Assembly: GCA_964615305.1 (NCBI GenBank)
Contig: CAZTNA010000017.1
Coordinates: 400 to 64,399 of the forward strand
DNA length: 64,000 bases
Reading direction: 5' to 3'
From: an uncultured Chitinophaga sp.
GTDB lineage: Bacteria; Bacteroidota; Bacteroidia; Chitinophagales; LD1
The notes below the pieces were generated by a model. The model made no database searches and had not been told where the DNA came from. It saw only the letters and a list, made by a program, of their open reading frames with translations. This document shows, in pieces, positions 1-6,881 of the stretch. Made by a program: the position numbers and the translations under genes. Position 1 is the first letter of the stretch; every line of letters starts with the position of its first letter.

Positions 1-105
1 TACGAAAGATTGATTGGCTCTTATGAAGAAGTGAATGAAAAATTTGAAGGCAAACTCCCTCTCATCCTCACCGACCTCAAAAATACCTTCGGTATTTCTT
101 CATAA
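1..105 (+). CDS. 3' end of an unidentified CDS truncated by the window edge
   Basis: Frame 1 is open from base 1 to TAA at 103-105 (YERLIGSYEEVNEKFEGKLPLILTDLKNTFGISS*). No recognisable motif. Confidence 0.35.
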   Translation, partial: YERLIGSYEEVNEKFEGKLPLILTDLKNTFGISS

Positions 106-125
106 AACTTCAACACATTCATACA

Positions 126-1196
126 ATGAGTGATGATTCACCAAAACCACTTCAACATCCCGAATACTACCGTAGAGTGCGGGTGATCACTTGCGAATTG
201 CTCTCTGTTTGGAGAATGTTTGCTGAAGTGGAAGTTTTCCTTTGGGGTGATACGCCTAACGACAGAATAGTCAAAAAACTTCCGTTCATCTACAAAAACT
301 ATTTGCAGTTAGATGATGCTAAACTTGCTCAGATAGAAAGATACTATAACAACTCATTGCAGGGGGTAAAGGATATTGATGTTGTTCTCTTTTATAATTT
401 AGAAGATAAACTCTTCAACTTTCGGAGAGCAGTAGATGAGGTTTTAAAACCGCTGCTAAGAGACAGACAAATTCACTACTTCAAAGAGAACGCTTTTCTT
501 AAAGACCTTTTGCGTGAATTCAGTAAGGGATTGGAAAACTCGATTAAGCAAACAGTTGCTTACTTACCTCAAAACGAACAGGAACCAATTACTAAAATCA
601 TTGATGAGCATTGGAATAGAATTCAGAATCCACCCGAAGAAGAAATCCCTCAGTTTGTATTGGGCTTGGTGAATAACATGCTCCCCCAGGGCAAATACGT
701 AGTAGCCGGTGATGTCAAAATTTTCATGAAACAGAATACCGTGTTTTGGTTTATTGAAAAGATGATTGAAACCGGTTTTTATGAAATGTTCCTTTCCAAT
801 AGCATTGGTGGCATTTTCGCAACAGTTGCCGACATGACGAATAAGGATTTCAGCATGTTCGATAAAGTTGCTGAAAGCAACCAATTCAAAGAAAAGGCAA
901 AATACTTTCGTTTAACTCAACAGGAAATTGAAACCCACTTCTATAACAACAAACCTTTTTACAAATTTTTCTTGGGCTTTATAAAACTAATGGAGGGTCA
1001 TATACCGTTCTCTTTTAAACGCAAAGTCATGGAGTTAAACAATGGTAAGCACAACCCAAATGATTTTCTCCGCAAAACATTTCCTAATCCTGATGAAGTG
1101 ATTGATGAAGTTGCAATTACCGAAGTAGAGGAGGTTACATCTGAAAAGAAGAAAAAATCTCAAAGCAAAACCATAAAGGGAAAAAAGAAAAAGTAA
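126..1196 (+). CDS. hypothetical protein (356 aa) with poly-lysine C-terminal tail
   Basis: Long ATG-initiated ORF with protein-like composition. The C-terminus is EKKKKSQSKTIKGKKKK. I recognise no conserved catalytic motif. Confidence 0.6.
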   Translation: MSDDSPKPLQHPEYYRRVRVITCELLSVWRMFAEVEVFLWGDTPNDRIVKKLPFIYKNYLQLDDAKLAQIERYYNNSLQGVKDIDVVLFYNLEDKLFNFRRAVDEVLKPLLRDRQIHYFKENAFLKDLLREFSKGLENSIKQTVAYLPQNEQEPITKIIDEHWNRIQNPPEEEIPQFVLGLVNNMLPQGKYVVAGDVKIFMKQNTVFWFIEKMIETGFYEMFLSNSIGGIFATVADMTNKDFSMFDKVAESNQFKEKAKYFRLTQQEIETHFYNNKPFYKFFLGFIKLMEGHIPFSFKRKVMELNNGKHNPNDFLRKTFPNPDEVIDEVAITEVEEVTSEKKKKSQSKTIKGKKKK

Positions 1197-1252
1197 AAGC
1201 AGAATAGGAGTTCGTTCCTCACCTCTCTGTTATACCCACCCATCTTCCCAAT

Positions 1253-1596
1253 GGGGAGGCAGTGCCGCCATTTTTTCTGTCACACTTTTTGTGCCTCGCA
1301 CATGCACCCTATGACAATCCTCATTTCGTTCCTCCATTGCGGTTGTCACAAGGTGCGCCAACCCGCAAACAAAAAGTCGTTGCACCAATCGCTCCCATGT
1401 GCAACTTGCGCCAGAGAAAAATGCCGGAAGCTGCACATTCACTAAGGGCTTGTAACACACTATTGACGGGAAACAATCCCTAAGTTCATTTTTACATAAG
1501 TGGGCATTATAGTAAAAACGCTCCGCGCTTCGTTTCACTTCGGAGATGAACCCTTTTTACTATAATACACTTATGTAAAGTAGCCACTGCCTCCCC
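1253..1596. repeat. nested inverted-repeat structure (12-bp long-range pairing enclosing an 89-nt, about 30-bp hairpin)
   Basis: GGGGAGGCAGTG (1253-1264) is the exact reverse complement of CACTGCCTCCCC (1585-1596). Inside it, 1491-1502 pairs with 1568-1579 (12/12), 1506-1518 with 1554-1566 (13/13) and 1521-1525 with 1541-1545 (5/5). Smaller hairpins: 1337-1342/1363-1368 and 1379-1385/1399-1405. Confidence 0.7.
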
Positions 1597-2278
1597 GCGC
1601 AACGCCACCCACCCGTGAATACAAATACACCATCCGCACCTCAACCACCCTTTCAATCGGGCAGCAAAAAATAAAGCATTCTCTGTTTCATTGCCATGTG
1701 CATCAAACCTATTCGCTCACTTCATTCATCCGTTCGTCAGACGTTCCGCTGCGCTTCTCTTTCTCCTCACTTCTTCATTCGTTATGCTCACAAGTTTTCA
1801 GCACCGCACACAAGAGTAGCTTCTTACTTCCATTCCGCTCACCCGTCCCATATTCGTGAAGCATTCCGTCCCGATTTCCTTAGCACACAGCAGTTGTGTT
1901 CCTTTAATTTACAACTGCTTCCTTCCCGCTTCGGGACGAAACGCCTCACTCATGCAAAGCAGTTCGCTTCATTCTATTCAGTCGCTACCCTTGTTTTTCC
2001 TCCGCGCTCAAAATTTGGTATGCTTTATTTTTCGCTGCAACTCGTTTACCCCGGCATACCACAGAATCCCGTTAAGCACTTTTAAAAACGGAAGTATTGT
2101 TAGTATAGTTAGTTAAGCGGAATAGAAATTGAAAAGTAGATTGACTAAGCGGAAAGTATAGTTCACACCTCTTACTTACATACCCTTACTACCTATACTA
2201 TCTTAACTATAAATACAAATGCTTTCAATAGCATCCATTTGCACGTGCTAGTCAAAAAACAAAAAAGAAAGCAAAACT

Positions 2279-2441
2279 AAGCGGGCTTACAGTTGGCAAC
2301 GCATTTGAGCTTTCAAGGTCAAGCCCTTCGGGTTTTGAAAAAAAAATCTCCACGCTCTTTTTGCTTCGTTTATTTTTTCAGCAGAAAAAAGAGGTAGTAT
2401 TTTTTCTTTCAAAAACCTTGACAGCTCATCCCCGCCCGCTT
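2279..2441. repeat. rod-like imperfect hairpin of about 163 nt flanked by A-rich (left) and T/C-rich (right) tracts
   Basis: Collinear pairings: 2279-2286/2434-2441 (8/8, AAGCGGGC/GCCCGCTT); 2307-2319/2415-2427 (12/13); 2333-2346/2401-2414 (13/14); 2355-2364/2381-2393 (10 bp with a 3-nt bulge). The apical loop is 2365-2380. Confidence 0.65.
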
Positions 2442-2451
2442 GATTCAACGG

Positions 2452-2495
2452 CTTTCTTTTTTCTTTTTTTTATCCTTTTTTTTCTTTCTTCTTTT
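2452..2495 (+). repeat. 44-nt polypyrimidine tract (one A only), roughly mirror-symmetric
   Basis: ctttcttttttcttttttttatccttttttttctttcttctttt lies directly 3' of the 2279-2441 hairpin. Confidence 0.8.
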
Positions 2496-2671
2496 GGTTT
2501 GGTTGTGGTTTAAAGGAGTTCTGGAAAGGATAAGCCGCATTTAAGTCGGAGATAAGCGCAATATGAGCGCACTAATTGAGAAAATTAGCGAAAAGCAAAG
2601 CGAGGAATTTCGGAGTTTTCTAAGGAATTTTCCGCGATGATTGAAAGATGAGCGCACTCCTTAAACCAAAT

Positions 2672-2700
2672 AAAAAAGCCCCGCCTAAAAGGTCAGGGCT
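2672..2700 (-). terminator. Rho-independent terminator of the 2722..3525 gene
   Basis: On the minus strand, AGCCCTG..CGGGGCT forms a stem of about 7 bp (including a G.U pair that only works on this strand). TTTTTT follows, about 20 nt after the stop codon. Confidence 0.6.
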
Positions 2701-2721
2701 TCCTTCGGCAGAAGGATTTAT

Positions 2722-3525
2722 TTAGAACACCTGCACACCTTGCAGCGCGTTACCTGAAGCAAACAGGTAGTAATTGGCTCCTACTTGCTGGTAAAACTCA
2801 ATTCCGATGTTATTGAAAACTGCAACACTTGCAGTGATTGTTGGTGAACCGGGCAAAGTAGTTGTGATGGTGGTCAAGGGAGTTGTTGCACTCAAGTCCA
2901 GGTAACCGGAATATTGAATGTCACTAATTCCGCTAAGGTTAGGGTCAGTAGGTCCATAAGTCCCGCTTCCAGAATCATAAGTCCAGTCAGAAACCACATT
3001 GATTGCATTCACCAAACGGAAGTGAGTTGCCCCTGCAGGTGCGCTGATAAGGTTTGCAGGGTTGAAAATTGGAATCGTAAATGTTGCTGAATCTCTGCCA
3101 ACTGTGTTGCTGAGTGAATACGGAGCATTGAAAACGCCTGCCAACGATAAATTTTTGTTGTAGTTCAATTCTATGCTACTGCCCACAGCATTTGAAATGA
3201 GGATTGACCTCTCGCCCCGTGGACTTGCAGTATCTCCCAATTGAATTTCTTTCATTAAAGCCGTTAAGCGCCCCGCTAAACGCGGGTCAGACATTTGTCG
3301 CATAAGCTGCGCTAGTCCGGTGCGAATTGTTTTTGCAGCAGATGCACATGCGCCAAACTCTTTCATGTTTTCGCGCGTTCTCACAAATGCTTCATCGTTG
3401 TTGATTTGTTCAGCGGTTGGTCCGCCATTCAGTCCTGCGAAGTCACCTTCCAGTCCTTTGATTTTGAAGTGCCGCACTCCACCCATTGAGCCGGAGTAAC
3501 GAAGTAGGCCAGTTTGTTTTGCCAT
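2722..3525 (-). CDS. hypothetical protein (267 aa), no recognised domain
   Basis: Clean ATG ORF (MAKQTGLLRYSGSMGGVRHFKIKG...), flanked by its own candidate promoter and terminator. The C-terminal half is Ser/Thr/Asn-rich. No signal peptide is seen. Confidence 0.7.
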   Translation of the reverse strand: MAKQTGLLRYSGSMGGVRHFKIKGLEGDFAGLNGGPTAEQINNDEAFVRTRENMKEFGACASAAKTIRTGLAQLMRQMSDPRLAGRLTALMKEIQLGDTASPRGERSILISNAVGSSIELNYNKNLSLAGVFNAPYSLSNTVGRDSATFTIPIFNPANLISAPAGATHFRLVNAINVVSDWTYDSGSGTYGPTDPNLSGISDIQYSGYLDLSATTPLTTITTTLPGSPTITASVAVFNNIGIEFYQQVGANYYLFASGNALQGVQVF

Positions 3526-3569
3526 TTTGTTTTGTTTTAGTTGGTTGAATAATGTTTTTAAATACAGAA

Positions 3570-3577
3570 CAAAATTA
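3570..3577 (-). promoter_or_regulatory. candidate Bacteroidota -7 box (TAATTTTG) for the 267-aa gene
   Basis: Plus-strand CAAAATTA is TAATTTTG on the minus strand and matches TAnnTTTG. It lies about 45 nt upstream of the ATG at 3525. Confidence 0.3.
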
Positions 3578-3621
3578 GATGTATTTTAGGGCTTATTATA
3601 CGCTCAAACAATTGATAATCA

Positions 3622-4113
3622 GTGAATTACAATGCAAACGAATCAATTTTAGTGGAGCCCCATATGCGAGTCGCTGAAATCTTAGATGGCGATAGTATCA
3701 TGGTTGAAAATTTTTTTTCAAAGAACAAAAAGGAAATCCGGTTGTATGGCTTAGATGCCCCAGAGAATAAACACAACCGTAAGCTGCGAATAGAAGAGAA
3801 GAAAACGCGATTAGCGGGTGAGTTGCTTATCTACTTAGGTAATCTTTCAACGCAGTTTATTTTGACGCTTATACAGCCAGGCTCAAATATTACATTGATA
3901 ACCGAAACCGGCAATTTTTATGATTACTACAAACGTCAACTTGCTTACGTGATTTTAAATGATGGAAGCTGCCTGAATGAAATTCTGATCCGTGAAGGTT
4001 ATGCGAAACCGGAAAGCGAATATTATTGTAAAAACCTTTCGGTTTACCAGCAGTTGGGTTGGGAAGCAAAACTAAATGCGAAGGGGCTTTACAGTGTTGT
4101 TGAGCAATTTTAA
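3622..4113 (+). CDS. thermonuclease / staphylococcal-nuclease (SNase) family protein
   Basis: SNase-like motifs: V..ILDGDSIMV, IRLYGLDAPE, YDYYKRQLAYV, LIREGYA. The ORF starts at GTG 3622; ATG at 3661 is an alternative start. Confidence 0.75.
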   Translation: MNYNANESILVEPHMRVAEILDGDSIMVENFFSKNKKEIRLYGLDAPENKHNRKLRIEEKKTRLAGELLIYLGNLSTQFILTLIQPGSNITLITETGNFYDYYKRQLAYVILNDGSCLNEILIREGYAKPESEYYCKNLSVYQQLGWEAKLNAKGLYSVVEQF

Positions 4114-4116
4114 GAG

Positions 4117-4265
4117 GTAAACTCTCAGTTTACTTTCAGTTTTCTTACTGCTCATTTTTCGGTTTACCATTGGTAAACTTTTGGTTTACTACCGGTTTAT
4201 CAATGAAAACCGAGTGATTTTACCTCTGTAAACAGTGGTTTACTAATTGTTTACCCTATGTTTAC
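4117..4265. repeat. array of GTTTAC/GTAAAC hexamers (9 perfect plus variants) next to the tRNA-Asp 3' end
   Basis: GTAAAC at 4117, 4173 and 4228. GTTTAC at 4128, 4162, 4184, 4238, 4249 and 4260. GTTTAT at 4195. TGGTTTACT occurs twice (4182-4190, 4236-4244). Confidence 0.8.
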
Positions 4266-4324
4266 CCCATAAACAAAAAAGCTCCGTAAATAATTGATTT
4301 ACAGAGCTTTAAGAGTTGATTTTG

Positions 4325-4398
4325 CGGACCGGACGGGACTCGAACCCGCGACCTCTGCCGTGACAGGGCAGCATTCTAACCAACTGAACTACCGATCC
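4325..4398 (-). tRNA. tRNA-Asp (anticodon GTC)
   Basis: The reverse complement is GGATCGGTAGTTCAGTTGGTTAGAATGCTGCCCTGTCACGGCAGAGGTCGCGGGTTCGAGTCCCGTCCGGTCCG. It has a 7-bp acceptor stem, an anticodon stem CTGCC/GGCAG with loop CTGTCAC, and a GGTTCGAGTCC T-loop. No CCA is encoded. Confidence 0.95.
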
Positions 4399-4417
4399 TT
4401 TTTTGTTAGAAGAGCGG

Positions 4418-4425
4418 CAAATATA
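4418..4425 (-). promoter_or_regulatory. candidate -7 box (TATATTTG) for tRNA-Asp
   Basis: Minus-strand TATATTTG matches TAnnTTTG and ends 19 nt upstream of the mature tRNA 5' end. Confidence 0.4.
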
Positions 4426-4485
4426 TCCGCTTTTTGTTTTTTGCAAAGCGGTTCTAAAAAAAACTGCTTCGCCACATAGAAATTA

Positions 4486-4493
4486 TATTTTTG
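4486..4493 (+). promoter_or_regulatory. candidate -7 box (TATTTTTG) for accA
   Basis: Matches TAnnTTTG, 22 nt upstream of the accA ATG. Confidence 0.35.
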
Positions 4494-4514
4494 AAACTCG
4501 CTTAACTCTGATAA

Positions 4515-5465
4515 ATGAACTTTCTCGATTTCGAAAAGCCCCTGGAACAGTTGTTTGCTGATTTAGAAACAGCCAAAAATGAGAGCCCTGTTTCGGAGAA
4601 GGCTATAACAGACTTAGAAAGAAAAATTTTTGAAACACGTAAGCAACTTTATGCTAACCTAAGCATTTGGCAAAGGGTTCAGGCAAGCCGCCATCCCGAT
4701 AGGCCTTACACACTTTTTTACATACAAACCATTTGTTCAAAGTTTGTTGAGTTGTTTGGTGACCGTAATTTTAAAGACGACAAAGCTATAATTGGAGGTT
4801 TTGGAGAAATTGAGGGTAAAACCTATATGATTATTGGACACCAGAAAGGGGTGAACACCAAAATGCGCCAGTACCGTAATTTTGGAATGCCTAACCCTGA
4901 AGGGTATCGCAAAGCGTTGCGGCTTATGAAACTGGCTGAAAAATTTAATAAACCTATTGTTACATTGATTGATACACCGGGGGCCTTTCCGGGCGAAGAA
5001 GCAGAGCAACGAGGGCAGGGCGAAGCCATTGCAAGAAACCTTATGGAAATGGCAGGGTTAAAAGTTCCTGTGCTGTGCATTGTAATAGGCGAGGGCGCTT
5101 CGGGTGGTGCTTTAGGCATAGGTGTTGGAGATAAGTTGCTTATGCTTGAAAATACGTGGTATTCGGTCATTTCGCCAGAGTCTTGTTCTTCTATATTGTG
5201 GAGAACATGGGACCAAAAAGAGAAAGCTGCCGAAGCACTTAAGCCAACCCCACAACATCTGCTAAAATACGGAATCATTGACAGCATAATAACTGAACCC
5301 GTAGGAGGCGCTCACGCTGACCCACACTCCATGGCAGATAAACTCAAAAGTGTAATAATGGAAGTTGTGTCAAAACTTGAGGCGAAAACCCCTGAGGAGA
5401 GGATTAATGAACGCGTAGAAAAATATTCTCGTATAGGTGTTTATGAAGAACTAAAGGAAGCATAA
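4515..5465 (+). CDS. accA: acetyl-CoA carboxylase carboxyltransferase subunit alpha
   Basis: 316 aa with characteristic [32 protein letters not shown] and [10 protein letters not shown] motifs. Confidence 0.92.
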   Translation: MNFLDFEKPLEQLFADLETAKNESPVSEKAITDLERKIFETRKQLYANLSIWQRVQASRHPDRPYTLFYIQTICSKFVELFGDRNFKDDKAIIGGFGEIEGKTYMIIGHQKGVNTKMRQYRNFGMPNPEGYRKALRLMKLAEKFNKPIVTLIDTPGAFPGEEAEQRGQGEAIARNLMEMAGLKVPVLCIVIGEGASGGALGIGVGDKLLMLENTWYSVISPESCSSILWRTWDQKEKAAEALKPTPQHLLKYGIIDSIITEPVGGAHADPHSMADKLKSVIMEVVSKLEAKTPEERINERVEKYSRIGVYEELKEA

Positions 5466-6007
5466 TGCAGTGGTGGGATAACTTACGCAACTATTTCTAC
5501 GAAAACAGTATAGCTCAAGCACTTAATGGGTCAAAAACACAAAGGCAGCTTACTAATCTTGCCGATGCAAAGTCTATTGGTATTGTGTACAATAGCACAA
5601 ACCCCGATAACGACATTATTATTACAAAATTTGCCGAAGAACTTCGTAAGCAAAACAAAACAGTAGAAATTATCGGATATGTGAATGATGCTAAAATTGA
5701 TCACAAAGCTGATATAATGGTGTTCAATAAAAGTAATGTGACATGGGCACAAGTTCCCAATGACGAACGCATAAAAAATTTCTCGTCACGACCATTCGAT
5801 TTATTGTTTGCTGCATTTACAGAAGAGAATAAAACCTTAGAATACGTAGCCCGCACATCAAAAGCAAAGTGGCGTGTTGGTGTTTTTAATGAACGAAAGA
5901 CTGACTATTACGAACTTATGATTATGATGGATGCTAAAACAGATTTGAGTTATTTTTTACAGCAGGCAACTAATTTTTTAAACAAAATAATATATGATTC
6001 AAAGTAA
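5465..6007 (+). CDS. hypothetical protein (180 aa)
   Basis: The ATG overlaps the accA stop (TAATG), which suggests translational coupling. No domain recognised. Confidence 0.6.
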   Translation: MQWWDNLRNYFYENSIAQALNGSKTQRQLTNLADAKSIGIVYNSTNPDNDIIITKFAEELRKQNKTVEIIGYVNDAKIDHKADIMVFNKSNVTWAQVPNDERIKNFSSRPFDLLFAAFTEENKTLEYVARTSKAKWRVGVFNERKTDYYELMIMMDAKTDLSYFLQQATNFLNKIIYDSK

Positions 6008-6872
6008 GTTAAGAGGTACTGGAGTAGCATTAGTTACCCCATTTGATAAAAAAGGCGAAGTTGATTACAAGGGTTTAGAGAAACTCATTGACTATTGTGT
6101 AAAAGGTGGAGTGGAGTATTTAGTATCGCTTGGAACCACCGGAGAAAGTGTAAATCTTTCAGATGAAGAGAAACTTGACATACTGAATTTTACCATTGAA
6201 CAAAGTAACAAACGAGTACCGGTAGTGGCGGGCTTTGGTGGCAACAACACACGAGAAGTTTTAAAAAGTATAGAGAAGTTTCATTTTAAAGGTGTGGATG
6301 CAATTCTTTCTGTCTCACCTTATTACAATAAGCCAACCCAGGAAGGAATTTTTCAACATTATAAAGCTATAGCCCAAAATGCGCCTAAACCGGTTATTCT
6401 TTACAATGTTCCCGGGCGAACTTCCAGCAACATGACGGCTAAAACAACTCTACGTTTGGCTGAAGTCAAAAATATTATTGGTATGAAAGAAGCTTCCGGT
6501 GATTTCAACCAGTGCATGCAGTTAGTTAAGAACAAACCGAAAGATTTCCTCCTGATTTCCGGAGATGACAACATTACTCTAGGGCTGATTGCCTACGGTT
6601 TCGATGGCGTTATATCGGTGGTAGGTCAAGCGTTTCCAAAAATATTTACCGAGATGGTTAGGCATTGCTTAAAAGGAAATTTTGAAAAGGCACACAAACT
6701 CCACTATCAGCTTAATGATATTACCGATATGCTTTTTGCGGAAGGAAACCCGGCAGGTGTTAAATGTGCTTTAGAAGCTTTGGGCGTATGTGGAAACTCA
6801 CTTAGATTGCCTTTAGTTGGTGTTTCAGATGAGTTGAAAAATAAAATGAAAAAGGCAATTCGCTTGTTGTAA
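5994..6872 (+). CDS. dapA: 4-hydroxy-tetrahydrodipicolinate synthase
   Basis: 292 aa. N-terminal GTGVALVTPF, GTTGES, and the YNVPGRT active-site region are typical of DapA. Confidence 0.92.
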   Translation: MIQSKLRGTGVALVTPFDKKGEVDYKGLEKLIDYCVKGGVEYLVSLGTTGESVNLSDEEKLDILNFTIEQSNKRVPVVAGFGGNNTREVLKSIEKFHFKGVDAILSVSPYYNKPTQEGIFQHYKAIAQNAPKPVILYNVPGRTSSNMTAKTTLRLAEVKNIIGMKEASGDFNQCMQLVKNKPKDFLLISGDDNITLGLIAYGFDGVISVVGQAFPKIFTEMVRHCLKGNFEKAHKLHYQLNDITDMLFAEGNPAGVKCALEALGVCGNSLRLPLVGVSDELKNKMKKAIRLL

Positions 6873-6881
6873 ATAACGAGT

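Noticed and set aside
1253-1596. Retron msr/msd interpretation of the flanking 12-bp inverted repeat plus long internal hairpin
   Set aside because: No reverse-transcriptase ORF, or any ORF, follows on either strand. The 344-nt span is also longer than typical msr-msd units.
1230-2116. Tracked ORFs inside the noncoding gap (1230..1538 minus; 1251..1445, 1262..1483, 1696..2085 and 1856..2116 plus)
   Set aside because: They overlap one another in different frames. Their translations are dominated by S/F/L/H/P/R/C as expected from C/T-rich DNA, and they have no signal, motif or plausible start context. I treat them as chance ORFs.
4294-4479. 61-aa plus-strand ORF
   Set aside because: It lies entirely across the antisense of tRNA-Asp and its promoter region, so it is a chance ORF.
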